Assembly: GCA_049688735.1 (NCBI GenBank) | Contig: JBAVLE010000402.1 | Coordinates: forward strand, 1 to 58,093 | Direction of reading: 5' to 3' | Length of the DNA stretch: 58,093 nt | Source of the DNA: Candidatus Angelobacter sp. | GTDB taxonomy: Bacteria; Acidobacteriota; Terriglobia; Terriglobales; Acidobacteriaceae | Position numbers and translations under genes: made by a program | Part shown: positions 45,319 through 55,610 of the stretch, in pieces | How positions within the stretch are numbered: the first letter of the stretch is position 1 | Layout of the letters: the number at the start of each line of letters is the position of its first letter | Notes under the pieces: model-generated | The model's input: only the letters and a program-made list of their open reading frames with translations | The model's database searches: none | What the model was told of the DNA's origin: nothing

Positions 45319-45842
45319 GCGCAGGGACAAAAATGCCGGCCGCTATGGACACCCAACCTACAAAAGCATTGCCTTCCAAGGAAATCTATCTGCATCCAGG
45401 ACAGATGTGTGTCTCCAGGGAACCGTCACAAATTTCGATGATTCTGGGCTCTTGCGCAGGTATATGCCTTTTCGACCGTAGCAAAGGAATTGGCGGAGCA
45501 ACACATTACATGTTGCCGGAATGGGACGGCTCAGGCTCTTCTTCCAATCGTTACGGTGATATAGCGATTGATGCGTTGTTGAAGCAGTTTCAGGCCTTTG
45601 GAAGCAGGGCCAGCGACCTTGAGGCCACGGTCTTGGGGGGCGCGTGCATGTTTGAAGTTTTTCGCTCCGAAGACGGCAGCGGAGACCACATCGGTTCGCG
45701 CAATGTCAACCTGGCATTTCATATCTTTTCGCGGCTTGGAATCGCCATTGCCGCCAGGGATACCGGCGGCATAAACGGCCGCAAAATCAAAATGCAAAGT
45801 GACACCGGCAAGGTGGCCGTTTCAATAATCAGGAACTCATAA
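45315..45842 (+). CDS. cheD: chemoreceptor glutamine deamidase CheD
   Basis: ILGSCAGICLFD, GGATHYMLP and GGACMF, the CheD signature with catalytic Cys/His. Start at ATG 45315. Confidence 0.85.
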   Translation: MSAGTKMPAAMDTQPTKALPSKEIYLHPGQMCVSREPSQISMILGSCAGICLFDRSKGIGGATHYMLPEWDGSGSSSNRYGDIAIDALLKQFQAFGSRASDLEATVLGGACMFEVFRSEDGSGDHIGSRNVNLAFHIFSRLGIAIAARDTGGINGRKIKMQSDTGKVAVSIIRNS

Positions 45843-47503
45843 TGGAAATTCAACGCGATGTAATATTGAAAAACTTTCTGATTGAGTCTGAGGACGGACT
45901 CAGCTTGATGGAGCAGTCCATTCTGGAGCTGGAGCTTCATCCCGGCGACAGTGAAGCCATTCAGAGCATCTTCCGTGTCGTTCATACCATGAAGGGCAAT
46001 GCCAGCCTTTTAGAGATTGAAGGTCTTCTGGCATTTACACACACTGCAGAGGATCTGCTGGATGATCTGCGAAACGGCAAGTTGTCCGTCACGCCCGACA
46101 TCGTTACTCTGCTCCTCGAATTAGTGGACGTTCTTCGGCAAATGGTAGCTGCCGCAGGCCAAGGCAAGGACGAGACCAGTCCGCGCGCCAAAGACATTCT
46201 GGCCAGAATCTCCCATCATCTCAAGGCGGAGGGAAAAGCTGGAACAGGCCCGGATCAGGCCGGGAAGAGCCAAGGCTTGCTTTCCAACAGTGAAGCCGCG
46301 CCAGTCACAGGGCAGGCTCAATACAAAGCAGCGCGAGCGCTGCGCGTGGATGTGGCAAAACTGGATCGGCTGCTCGATCTGGCAGGGGAACTCACAATCG
46401 CACGTGGACGTGTCGCTCAGATGTTGGAAGCAAAAGGAGAAATCAGCCTTGAGGAGCTGCGCGATGCGCACAGCTTCGCCGACGCCCTGCACTATGAGCT
46501 TCAAGACACCATTCTGAAAACACGCATGGTACCGGTGGGGCCGCTTTTCCATCAGTACAACCGCACTGTACGCGATTTGGCAAAGTCCCTGGGCAAGATG
46601 GCCCAACTTCGGATTGAGGGAGAAGACATCGAGGTGGATACTTCGGTCGTCGAGTATCTAAAGGACCCGCTCCTGCACATGATCCGCAACGCCTTGGATC
46701 ATGGCATTGAAGCACCCGCAAAGCGTAAGAAACGCGGTAAGTCCCAGACCGGAACGATCACGGTTCGCGCCGCCCGCGAAGGACGGAACATCCTCATCGA
46801 GGTGACTGATGACGGCGCTGGACTGGACAAGCAAAAAATCATTGAAGTGGCCCAGAAAAAAGGACTCATCGCAGAACCGCAAAAACTGCCGGAGCAAGAG
46901 ATCCATCAATTAATTTTTGAGCCAGGATTCACCACGGCCAACGAAGTCAGCGATATGTCCGGGCGCGGGGTTGGCATGGATGTAGTCCGGCGCAATATCC
47001 AGGCTTTGCGCGGCAGCGTGCATGTTACCAGCCAGCCCGGCGCGGGAGCGACAGTGCGGATTCGGCTACCGCTTACACTCGCCATCATTGAAGGGTTTGG
47101 GGTGGGCATAGGCAATGAAACCTATGTCATTCCCGTCGACCAGGTCATTGAATGTGTGGAATTGGCCAAGGAAGACCACGAAGCCGCACGCAAGGATGGG
47201 GTGCTGCAACTGCGTAATGAGCCACTCCCTTTCATTTATTTAAAAGACCATTTCGGGATGCCGGGAGAGCGCGGCGCAAGGCAAACCGTAGTAGTGGTGC
47301 AGCACGAAAGCAGCCGCGCAGGTCTGGCCGTCAATGAGCTTTATGGGGCGACGCAAACCGTCATCAAGCCTCTGCCGGCCATCTTCAAAGATGTTTCCGG
47401 AGTATCGGGTTCAGCAATTCTGGGCAATGGCCGAGTAGCGCTGATCCTGGATATTCCGGCGCTGTTCCGCGACTTCCGCATGCAGGAAGCGCACGCAGGT
47501 TGA
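45842..47503 (+). CDS. cheA: chemotaxis histidine kinase CheA (no obvious P2 domain)
   Basis: HPt FRVVHTMKGNA, dimerisation LRVDVAKLDRLLDLAGEL, HATPase DDGAGLD / GRGVGMDVV, and a CheW-like C-terminus. Confidence 0.9.
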   Translation: MEIQRDVILKNFLIESEDGLSLMEQSILELELHPGDSEAIQSIFRVVHTMKGNASLLEIEGLLAFTHTAEDLLDDLRNGKLSVTPDIVTLLLELVDVLRQMVAAAGQGKDETSPRAKDILARISHHLKAEGKAGTGPDQAGKSQGLLSNSEAAPVTGQAQYKAARALRVDVAKLDRLLDLAGELTIARGRVAQMLEAKGEISLEELRDAHSFADALHYELQDTILKTRMVPVGPLFHQYNRTVRDLAKSLGKMAQLRIEGEDIEVDTSVVEYLKDPLLHMIRNALDHGIEAPAKRKKRGKSQTGTITVRAAREGRNILIEVTDDGAGLDKQKIIEVAQKKGLIAEPQKLPEQEIHQLIFEPGFTTANEVSDMSGRGVGMDVVRRNIQALRGSVHVTSQPGAGATVRIRLPLTLAIIEGFGVGIGNETYVIPVDQVIECVELAKEDHEAARKDGVLQLRNEPLPFIYLKDHFGMPGERGARQTVVVVQHESSRAGLAVNELYGATQTVIKPLPAIFKDVSGVSGSAILGNGRVALILDIPALFRDFRMQEAHAG

Positions 47504-47566
47504 GTTTTTTCGAAATACGCAAGACGCACTGAGTAAGAGAAAAAGATCAAATTAAGGGAAGATTAA

Positions 47567-49228
47567 ATGAACATTTCGATTGCAAACCTTTCAGTAGGCA
47601 AACGGCTTTTCCTGGGTTTTGGCATTGTGCTGGCCCTTACAGCGGGTATTGGTCTGGTTGGCTGGCAATATACCCATACCATGTCCGACGAGTTCGACCA
47701 CCTGTACACGGACAACCTGCAGTCAGCCGTACATCTTTCGAACGCCGAGCGCGGATTGTGGGAGCTTCGCTTCGGCATCGCCAACTATGAAGGTTGGAGT
47801 GTCGCGGACCGGGCCCGGATTCGGGCAGAGGAGCCCAAGTGGCTGCGCCAGGTAGACGAGAACATGAAGGCGTATAGCCAGGGCGCACGGTCGATGACGG
47901 AGCAAGAGGGCCTGAAAGACTGGGACGAATGGTACAACAAATACGTGGCGGCCCGCCCGCATTGGTTTGACCTGATTGACGCTGGAAAACATGAGGAAGC
48001 ATTCGAGCATCGCGCGGCGACGACAACTCCTTTTGCCGCCAACTCAGTGAAGTCGCTAGCGAAGCTGATCGCCATCCAAAATGAACTAGGCGATCTGAAG
48101 CGCACCCAGGTAAATTCAGAAGCCAACTCTTCGCTGCAAATGATCCGAGTGCTGCTGCTGCTGGCGATTGCAGCGGGCTTGACGATGGCATTCGTCGCCA
48201 CTCGTAGCGTGACGCTGCCTGTAACCGCGCTGGCCAGACATCTTTCAGAGCTGGCAGCGGGCGGCGGCGACCTGACCAAGCGGATGGAGGTCAACTCCAA
48301 GGACGAAGTCGGCCAGATGGGCACATCGCTCAACACTTTCCTTGGAAAGCTGGAGAAGATCATCCTCGACGTAAAGACCGGAGCGAGCGCCATTGCGGTT
48401 GCCGCGCAGCAGGTGGCATCGTCTTCGTCTTCATTGTCGCAGGGAACGAGCGAGCAGGCCGCTTCAGCGGAAGAAACTACCAGCAGCCTGGAAGAGATGA
48501 GCGCCTCCATCCAGCAGAACTCTGACAACAGCCGCCAGATGGAACAGGTGGCGTCTAAGGGCGCACGCGAAGCTGAAGAGAGCGGCAAGGCCGTGAATCA
48601 CACCGTAGAAGCGATGAAGTCCATCACGCAGAAAATTGAAATCGTTGATGAGATTGCCTACCAGACCAATCTTCTGGCACTAAACGCAGCCATTGAGGCG
48701 GCGCGTGCCGGTGAGCATGGCAAGGGTTTTGCCGTGGTTGCTACTGAAGTCCGCAAGCTGGCGGAACGCAGCCAGGCAGCGGCCAAGGAGATCAGTTCAC
48801 TGGCCACGGACAGCGTCAAGGTGGCGGAGAACTCCGGCAAGCTTCTGGATGAGCTGGTTCCCTCCATCAAGAAGACCGCGGAGCTGGTGCAGGAAGTAGC
48901 TGCGGCCTCGCGCGAGCAGTCTTCCGGCGTCACGCAGATCAACAAAGCCATGGCGCAAGTGGACCAGGTGACTCAGCGCAATGCTTCTTCAGCGGAAGAG
49001 CTTTCAAGCACGGCGGAAGAGCTGGCGTCGCAATCGGAAGCGTTGCTGCAACTGATGAACTACTTCAGGGTGGGCGGCGACTCCGCCGTTTCCTTCCTGC
49101 CAAGAACGCGGCCAAAGACGGTCTGGGCGGAAGCCGAGCCGTTGCACAAGGTCATGCATGCAGCTGCAGGCGCGGGCAAGCCGAATGGCAAAGCCGAAGC
49201 GGACTCAATGAACTTTTCACGCTTTTAA
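47567..49228 (+). CDS. methyl-accepting chemotaxis protein
   Basis: Two TM helices flank a four-helix-bundle-type sensor. HAMP domain, and the conserved tip [31 protein letters not shown]. Confidence 0.9.
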   Translation: MNISIANLSVGKRLFLGFGIVLALTAGIGLVGWQYTHTMSDEFDHLYTDNLQSAVHLSNAERGLWELRFGIANYEGWSVADRARIRAEEPKWLRQVDENMKAYSQGARSMTEQEGLKDWDEWYNKYVAARPHWFDLIDAGKHEEAFEHRAATTTPFAANSVKSLAKLIAIQNELGDLKRTQVNSEANSSLQMIRVLLLLAIAAGLTMAFVATRSVTLPVTALARHLSELAAGGGDLTKRMEVNSKDEVGQMGTSLNTFLGKLEKIILDVKTGASAIAVAAQQVASSSSSLSQGTSEQAASAEETTSSLEEMSASIQQNSDNSRQMEQVASKGAREAEESGKAVNHTVEAMKSITQKIEIVDEIAYQTNLLALNAAIEAARAGEHGKGFAVVATEVRKLAERSQAAAKEISSLATDSVKVAENSGKLLDELVPSIKKTAELVQEVAAASREQSSGVTQINKAMAQVDQVTQRNASSAEELSSTAEELASQSEALLQLMNYFRVGGDSAVSFLPRTRPKTVWAEAEPLHKVMHAAAGAGKPNGKAEADSMNFSRF

Positions 49229-49239
49229 GGAGAAAGCAG

Positions 49240-49818
49240 ATGGATACCGCCGTAAAGGAAGCCATAGAGCAACAGCAGTATTTGACCTTTCTCCTGGCGA
49301 ATGAGGAATGCGCCATCAGCATCCTCAAGGTAAGGGAGATCATTGAATATGACACGATCACGACCGTCCCAAAGATGGATCCATGGGTACGAGGGGTCAT
49401 CAATTTGCGAGGCTCCGTAGTCCCCGTCGTGGACCTGGCGGCAAAGTTCGGGATGGAACAGAAGCCGGTGGGAAAGACGACGTGCATCGTGATTGTGGAA
49501 GCACAGTTTGAAGACCAGCAAGCAACCGTTGGGCTGATTGTTGATGCCGTGAGCCAGGTGATGGAACTTTCGGAAGATAGCATTCAACCGGTGCCGGATT
49601 TTGGGACCAGCGTGAAGATGGATTATTTGATCGGCATGGCGCAGTCGGGCAGGAAGTTCGCTCTCCTGCTCGATGTGGACAAAGTGCTGACCATGGAAGA
49701 ACTGCATGATTTAAGTGTGGTTGCAGACTCCATGGAAAACCAGGAGCCGGGAGAATTTATCGGAGAATCCATCTCCAATTCCACAGAGTTTGGCCAAAGC
49801 CTGGACCAGGAGAATTAG
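49240..49818 (+). CDS. cheW: CheW coupling protein
   Basis: YLTFLLANEECAISILKVREI ... GVINLRGSVVPVVDL. Confidence 0.9.
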   Translation: MDTAVKEAIEQQQYLTFLLANEECAISILKVREIIEYDTITTVPKMDPWVRGVINLRGSVVPVVDLAAKFGMEQKPVGKTTCIVIVEAQFEDQQATVGLIVDAVSQVMELSEDSIQPVPDFGTSVKMDYLIGMAQSGRKFALLLDVDKVLTMEELHDLSVVADSMENQEPGEFIGESISNSTEFGQSLDQEN

Positions 49819-49842
49819 CGATCTGTTTTCGAGAAAGACAAA

Positions 49843-50262
49843 ATGACGACAAAGCATGTTGAAGAGTATGCTCACAGCCCGAAGCCCGGAGCCGGTATCA
49901 AAAAAATCCTGCTGGTAGATGACTCATCTACCTCGCGTATGACGACCAGAATGCTCCTAGCCGGTCATGAATCCTATGTTCTTAGCAGCGCTTGCGATGG
50001 CGCGGAAGGAGTAGAAAAGGCCATTGCTGAAGTTCCCAACCTGATTCTGATGGATATTGAGATGCCGCGAATGAATGGAATTGAGGCGTGCAAGCTGCTA
50101 AAGCAGAACGAGACAACGAGGGATATTCCCGTAGTCCTGCTGACCATGCGCGGTGAAGAGCCGTTTGTGCGTCAAGGTTATGCCAGCGGTTGCAGCGACT
50201 TCCTGATTAAACCGGTCAACGAACAAAAGCTGGCCACGATAATCAAGAAGTATCTAAGTTAA
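49843..50262 (+). CDS. cheY: CheY-like response regulator (second copy)
   Basis: KILLVDDSS, LILMDIEMP, LLTMRG, FLIKP. Confidence 0.85.
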   Translation: MTTKHVEEYAHSPKPGAGIKKILLVDDSSTSRMTTRMLLAGHESYVLSSACDGAEGVEKAIAEVPNLILMDIEMPRMNGIEACKLLKQNETTRDIPVVLLTMRGEEPFVRQGYASGCSDFLIKPVNEQKLATIIKKYLS

Positions 50263-50336
50263 CAAACAGAAATATGCAAACGTGAGGCTCCGGATTTTCG
50301 GGGCCTTGGCGCTATACGTCTTGAAGGTACAGAGTC

Positions 50337-51281
50337 ATGCCACCCATTGACATCGAATCAAGATCGGCTGGAGCAACGGATTCAAGCCTTTCCTCCGCCT
50401 CTTCGCATTCCAGTTTCCAGTTGCTCTCGAGCCAGATTTCTGAAAGAGAGTTTCTGCGCCTGCGGGACCTTATCTATCGCGAGGCGGGCATATGGCTCAC
50501 TCAGGCCAAGACCGCGCTGCTTGTCGGCCGTCTTGCCAAACGTCTTCGCCATCACGAATTGAAATCGTTTAAGCAATATTACGATCTCGTCACCAACTCA
50601 CCCGAAGAACTCACTCAGATGTTGGACGCGCTCTCTACCAACGAGACCCGTTTCTTCCGCGAACCGCAGCATTTCGAATTGCTGAAGTCCGTTATTTTTC
50701 CAAAATGGGCCCAGGAAGCGGCCACAGGCTATCGCAGCCGCAAAATTCGCGTGTTGAGCGCCGGGTGCTCCACCGGCCAGGAACCCTACTCGCTGGCGAT
50801 GCTTCTTCTTGATCGTTTCCCCGCGGCTTCCGGATGGGAAATAGAAATCATAGCTACGGATCTCTCCACGCGGGCCCTGGAGATCGCCCGTAACGGCATC
50901 TGGCCCGCGGCAAAGGCAGAAGAGATTCCTTCCGCTTATTTAAGGGAGTTCATGCTGAAAGGGTTTGCGGACCAGACCGGCAAAATAAAAGCAGGGCCGG
51001 CCATTCGCTCTCTCATTCAATTCTTCCGTTTGAATCTAAATGAGCCTACTTATCCATTGGCAGGCAAGTTCGACCTGATTTTTTGCCGGAACGTCCTAAT
51101 CTATTTCGATATGCGCAGCCGTGAGCGGGTAGTGCGCCGCCTGGTTAATTTCCTCTCTCCTGACGGATATTTCTTTCTCGGGCACGCTGAAAGCCTGCAT
51201 TCCATGAGCGATTGCTTGCGGACCGTCGTTCCCACGATCTATACCAGAAAAGACGACCCTCTAGACGATGCAAAACCATAG
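50337..51281 (+). CDS. cheR: chemotaxis protein methyltransferase CheR
   Basis: TNETRFFRE, VLSAGCSTGQEPYS, IFCRNVLIYF. Confidence 0.9.
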   Translation: MPPIDIESRSAGATDSSLSSASSHSSFQLLSSQISEREFLRLRDLIYREAGIWLTQAKTALLVGRLAKRLRHHELKSFKQYYDLVTNSPEELTQMLDALSTNETRFFREPQHFELLKSVIFPKWAQEAATGYRSRKIRVLSAGCSTGQEPYSLAMLLLDRFPAASGWEIEIIATDLSTRALEIARNGIWPAAKAEEIPSAYLREFMLKGFADQTGKIKAGPAIRSLIQFFRLNLNEPTYPLAGKFDLIFCRNVLIYFDMRSRERVVRRLVNFLSPDGYFFLGHAESLHSMSDCLRTVVPTIYTRKDDPLDDAKP

Positions 51282-52368
51282 TAGCCCCTTTCCAATCCAG
51301 GTGCTGGTTGTAGATGACTCTGCCGTAGTGCGGCAGGTCATGCATGCCATTCTTTCTCAAGAGACTGATATGGAGGTGACCGTCGCCGCCGACCCCCTGA
51401 TCGCAATGCAGAAGATGAAGCAGATGCGTCCCCATGTAGTCGTTCTTGACCTGGAAATGCCCAGAATGGACGGGCTTACTTTTCTTCGCAAGATCATGGC
51501 GGAAGATCCAATTCCCACGCTGGTTTGCTCAGGAGTGGCCGCACCACGCACCGAGAACGCTCTTGTGGCATTGGAACAAGGCGCGCTCGGCATTATCAGT
51601 AAGCCCAAGCTCGGAGTGGGCAATTTCCTTCACGAGTCTGCCCTGGTGCTGATTGATACGGTCAGAGCGGCGGCCCAGGCAAGCGTCAAGCAGCGAGCGC
51701 CGCTGCGCAATGTTTCAAAGCTCCGCCCGGCAAGTGTTCCAGCCGTACATCCGCCAGTCAGACCGCACGGCGGGATCGTCGCAATTGGCGCCTCAATTGG
51801 AGGAACAGAAGCTCTGGCGGAGTTGCTCACGGCGTTGCCTTCCGATGCGCCTGGTATCGTGATCGTCCAGCACATGCCGGAGTTCTTCACTTCAGCGTTC
51901 GCTAACCGGCTGAATGCTCTGTGCCGTATTGAAGTGAAGGAGGGTGCCGATGGCGACCAGGTCGTCCGTGGTCGTGCCATTATCGCGCCGGGAAACCGTC
52001 ATCTGGCTGTGGTGAGTCGGCGCGGAGCTTTCTATGTTGAACCGAGCGACGGGCCTTTGGTCTCGCGCCACCGTCCCAGTGTTGATGTCCTTTTCCGTTC
52101 GGTTGCTTCTGCCGCCGGCGCAAACGCTCTGGGGATCATTCTGACAGGAATGGGAAATGATGGGGCGTCCGGAATGCTGGATATGAAACGCGCCGGAAGC
52201 AGTACCATTGCGCAGGATGAAAAGAGCTGTGTGGTCTTTGGTATGCCCAAGGAAGCGATCTCCGCCGGAGCTGTTGACAGCATTGCTCCTCTTGGCTGCA
52301 TTCCGCGCCTAATGATGGCTTGGGCGGGCTCTGGTGGCGTGAAAACAATGAATCGCATTATCAAATAA
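51268..52368 (+). CDS. cheB: protein-glutamate methylesterase CheB
   Basis: Receiver VLVVDDS / VVLDLEMP, plus esterase IGASIGG, VQHMP and GMGNDGA. Confidence 0.9.
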   Translation: MQNHSSPFPIQVLVVDDSAVVRQVMHAILSQETDMEVTVAADPLIAMQKMKQMRPHVVVLDLEMPRMDGLTFLRKIMAEDPIPTLVCSGVAAPRTENALVALEQGALGIISKPKLGVGNFLHESALVLIDTVRAAAQASVKQRAPLRNVSKLRPASVPAVHPPVRPHGGIVAIGASIGGTEALAELLTALPSDAPGIVIVQHMPEFFTSAFANRLNALCRIEVKEGADGDQVVRGRAIIAPGNRHLAVVSRRGAFYVEPSDGPLVSRHRPSVDVLFRSVASAAGANALGIILTGMGNDGASGMLDMKRAGSSTIAQDEKSCVVFGMPKEAISAGAVDSIAPLGCIPRLMMAWAGSGGVKTMNRIIK

Positions 52369-52696
52369 TGCCGGTTCGGTTGGCTGGCGATGTGCGATGT
52401 CGGCAGCTTTAGAACACGCTCACCACGGCGTGTGTTCAAGCAATTTTCCGATCATGTAACTTGAGCCGTCCGGTGACGCTAGCCATCTCTGGGATACAGT
52501 GGTCCCTTCTCCCGATTCATCTACCTCTCAGTGCACGTCATTCCATGCCGACCGGGCAAGTTTCTGTCTGAAATAGGGCGGAATCTGTGAAAATGTTAAT
52601 ATTTCATGACGAGCTTTCTCACTCCACCTGTAGATGCTTAGCATTCTTCCGAGCCGCTGGCTGTATCGTTCGCTCCGCACACTCCGGTCTGCGCGA

Positions 52697-53377
52697 ATGT
52701 TTATCCTTTTGTTTGACAGGATCATCGCACTGGGCGTTCTAACAGCTTTCTTGTGTCCCGCTCTGAGGGCGCAAACTGATTCGGCGCCTCCGGTAATAGT
52801 TCAACCCGGTGCGCCCGGGAAGCCAAGCAAAAAGCTGCCTGCCTCCACCACGGCAAAGCTGCCGCCACTGTCACAAGCGGAAGTTGAATTCATGCAAGGA
52901 ATGATTATGCATCATGCGCAAGCGGTGGAAATGACGGCATTGATTCCATCACATACGCAGAATAAGGATTTGCAGTTACTGGGTGCCAGGATCAGCAGCT
53001 CGCAGTCAGACGAAATGAAGTTTATGAAGCGGTGGCTCGCAGCGCGTGGAGAGCCTCTTTCCATGGCAATGCCGGGTATGAAAGGCATGGATACTTCAAG
53101 CCATTCGATGCCTCTAATGCCGGGTATGCTTACGCCGGAACAGATGGCGGCGCTACGGAAAGCGAAGGACGGGGAGTTCGACCATTTATTCTTGACCGGA
53201 ATGATTCAGCACCACAATGGCGCGTTAACCATGGTGAAAAATTTGTTTGATACCGCAGGCGCAGGCCAGGACGCCGAGCTGTTTGACTTTGCGACAGATG
53301 TGGACAGCGGGCAGCGCGCCGAGATCAGGATTATGCAAGCAATGTTGGAGAAGAAGACTTCAGAGGAGAAACAATGA
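52697..53377 (+). CDS. DUF305 domain-containing secreted protein
   Basis: FMQGMIMHHAQAVEM and FLTGMIQHHNGALTM, the duplicated DUF305 helices. A signal-like N-terminus starts at ATG 52697. Confidence 0.8.
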   Translation: MFILLFDRIIALGVLTAFLCPALRAQTDSAPPVIVQPGAPGKPSKKLPASTTAKLPPLSQAEVEFMQGMIMHHAQAVEMTALIPSHTQNKDLQLLGARISSSQSDEMKFMKRWLAARGEPLSMAMPGMKGMDTSSHSMPLMPGMLTPEQMAALRKAKDGEFDHLFLTGMIQHHNGALTMVKNLFDTAGAGQDAELFDFATDVDSGQRAEIRIMQAMLEKKTSEEKQ

Positions 53378-55425
53378 ACAGAGTGCCCAGTATTTTTTTC
53401 GCGGTGGCGTCCGCGCTCATTCTATTTTTTGGCGTGAACAGACTTCAGGCCCAGACGCAGACCCCTTCACCTACACCCGCGGCGCAGACACCCACGGCCA
53501 CACCTGCCGACCAGAAAGCCGAGGACGAAGAAGAACGGAACCCGTTTGCCCCCGAGCCTGCGCCCGCGCTACCGCCGGGCATGAAGGGCTCGGACACGAA
53601 TGATCCGCGCGCCAAGCTGAGTCCCGGCCTCTATAACGCCGGTGAAACAGCCATGGGGATGAAGCACCTTCAGCTGGTCAAGAAACCTGCCGCGTTCCAA
53701 CTCGGGACTAACAATCCAGACGATCCCAAAGTGCAGAAGATGCTGGGGCAGCTCAATATCCCAAATGTCGCGAAGATCCCAAAGCCAATGCATCTGGTTA
53801 TCGCGCAGCTTGCTTTCGCCAACTCGGATTTGGCGTTCCAGGGCAATCACTTGTTCCAGGGGAATTTTTACGGCGTGAACATCTTTGACATTTCCAATCC
53901 GGCAAAGACCAAGCTGCTGACTTCACTGGTTTGTCCTGGTGGGCAGGGCGATGTCTCGGTGTACAAGAACCTGCTTTTCATGTCGGTGGAACAGCCGAAT
54001 GGACGTCTGGATTGCGGCACTCAGGGCTTTCCTCCGGATCCTGCTCCGCCCGCTGATGCGGCAAAAGGAAAAGACAAGAAACGTCCCATACCATCAGCGC
54101 AAAAAGACCGTTTCCGGGGCGTAAGAATTTTTGACATTTCCGACATCAGAAATCCCAAGCAAGTCGCAGCGGTGCAGACGTGTCGCGGTTCGCACACCCA
54201 TACCCTGGTGGTGGATCCGAACGATAAAGACAATGTTTATATCTACGTGTCAGGCACATCGTTTGTGCGCCGTCCGGAAGAACTAGCTGGATGCTCAGGC
54301 GTTGAAGAGCCGGAAAAAGACCCGAACACAGCCCTGTTTCGCATTGATGTGATCAAGGTCCCGCTGGCTTCGCCGCAGGACGCGAAGATAGTTTCGAATC
54401 CCCGCGTATTTATGGACGCCCGCACAGGCGCGATGAACGGCCTGAATAATGGCGGCACTCATGGCAAGAAGGGGCCGGAAAAGCCGAAGGACACAAACCA
54501 GTGCCACGACATCACTGTCTATCCAGCCATTGGCTTGGCAGCGGGCGCTTGCTCAGGAAATGGAATTTTGCTCGACATCAAAGACCCTGTAAATCCCAAG
54601 CGTGTGGATGCGGTGAACGATCCAAATTATTCATACTGGCATTCGGCTTCCTTCTCAAACGATGGGACCAAGGTTGTGTTTACTGACGAGTGGGGCGGCG
54701 GCCTGGGAGCGCGGTGCCGTCCGAACGACCCGAACGTATGGGGCGCGGACGCTATCTTTGGTTTGAAGAATGACAAACTTACCTTTGAGAGCTATTACAA
54801 GATGCCGGCTGCGCAGAGTGATACCGAGAACTGTGTGGCGCACAACGGCTCGCTGGTTCCCGTCCCAGGCCGCGATATTGAAGTGCAAGCGTGGTATCAG
54901 GGCGGCATTTCCATTATGGATTTCACTGACGCGGCGCATCCGTTTGAAATTGCCTACTTTGATCGGGGGCCAATCGATCCCAAGGTGCTGGTGCTGGGTG
55001 GTGACTGGTCAGCATATTGGTATAACGGCCACATATACGCTTCAGAGATTGCACGCGGCCTGGACGTCTTTGAACTAACGCCGACCAAATTCCTGACACA
55101 GAATGAAATCGACGCGGCAAAGAGTGTTCGAGTCAACGAACTGAATGTGCAAAGCCAGCAAAAGATCGAGTGGCCGGCAAAGTTGGCAGTCGCCAAAGCG
55201 TACCTTGATCAATTATCCAGGTCGCAGGCGCTGCCGTCAGACAAATTCGCGGCTCTGCGAAAAGCAATCCAGAGCGCGGAGAGTTCGCACATGAGCAAAG
55301 ATGCGGTGGCGGAGCTGAACCGGATTGCAGCTTCGCTGGCGAGTGATGCTGGTGCGGCGAAAAACCAGGAAGATTCAAAACGGCTACACGCGCTGGCTCA
55401 GGTTCTGGGGCACCCGGCAGCGTAG
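53374..55425 (+). CDS. secreted beta-propeller protein (LVIVD-repeat-like)
   Basis: Signal peptide. Repeated h-h-h-h-D-h-S-N-P motifs (VNIFDISNPAK, VRIFDISDIRNPK, ILLDIKDPVNPK). ATGA overlap with the DUF305 gene. The family call is from memory. Confidence 0.6.
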   Translation: MNRVPSIFFAVASALILFFGVNRLQAQTQTPSPTPAAQTPTATPADQKAEDEEERNPFAPEPAPALPPGMKGSDTNDPRAKLSPGLYNAGETAMGMKHLQLVKKPAAFQLGTNNPDDPKVQKMLGQLNIPNVAKIPKPMHLVIAQLAFANSDLAFQGNHLFQGNFYGVNIFDISNPAKTKLLTSLVCPGGQGDVSVYKNLLFMSVEQPNGRLDCGTQGFPPDPAPPADAAKGKDKKRPIPSAQKDRFRGVRIFDISDIRNPKQVAAVQTCRGSHTHTLVVDPNDKDNVYIYVSGTSFVRRPEELAGCSGVEEPEKDPNTALFRIDVIKVPLASPQDAKIVSNPRVFMDARTGAMNGLNNGGTHGKKGPEKPKDTNQCHDITVYPAIGLAAGACSGNGILLDIKDPVNPKRVDAVNDPNYSYWHSASFSNDGTKVVFTDEWGGGLGARCRPNDPNVWGADAIFGLKNDKLTFESYYKMPAAQSDTENCVAHNGSLVPVPGRDIEVQAWYQGGISIMDFTDAAHPFEIAYFDRGPIDPKVLVLGGDWSAYWYNGHIYASEIARGLDVFELTPTKFLTQNEIDAAKSVRVNELNVQSQQKIEWPAKLAVAKAYLDQLSRSQALPSDKFAALRKAIQSAESSHMSKDAVAELNRIAASLASDAGAAKNQEDSKRLHALAQVLGHPAA

Positions 55426-55439
55426 GGTATAAAGGTTTG

Positions 55440-55477
55440 CTGCGGCTCGTTCACGGGAACGGGCCGCAGATTTTTTG
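55440..55477 (+). terminator. rho-independent terminator
   Basis: ctgcggc-tcgttcacgggaacgg-gccgcag followed by attttttg. Confidence 0.7.
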
Positions 55478-55610
55478 TGTCAAGAGACTGGTTGTCACTC
55501 TTCCATTTCCTTATTGGGCGCTCCCATACGTCGCTGAAAGAGTCCGGCACCTGGAAGCGTTCAATGCTCGGGCGGCATCCAAAATGACATAACGCACAAA
55601 GGGAGATGCC

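Noticed and set aside
47637-48588. Minus-strand ORFs of 184 and 267 aa inside the MCP gene.
   Set aside because: They are antisense to the MCP, whose conserved signalling tip is unambiguous. The peptides are Ser/Ala-rich mirror images of the coiled-coil repeats.
49190-49228. C-terminal NFSRF of the MCP as a CheR-tethering pentapeptide.
   Set aside because: The canonical motif is NWETF-like with a central Trp. The resemblance is too loose.
52412-52437. Hairpin after cheB as a terminator.
   Set aside because: The stem is imperfect (GAACACGC ... GCGTGTGTTC) and the downstream T-tract is weak. Plausible, but not supportable by eye.
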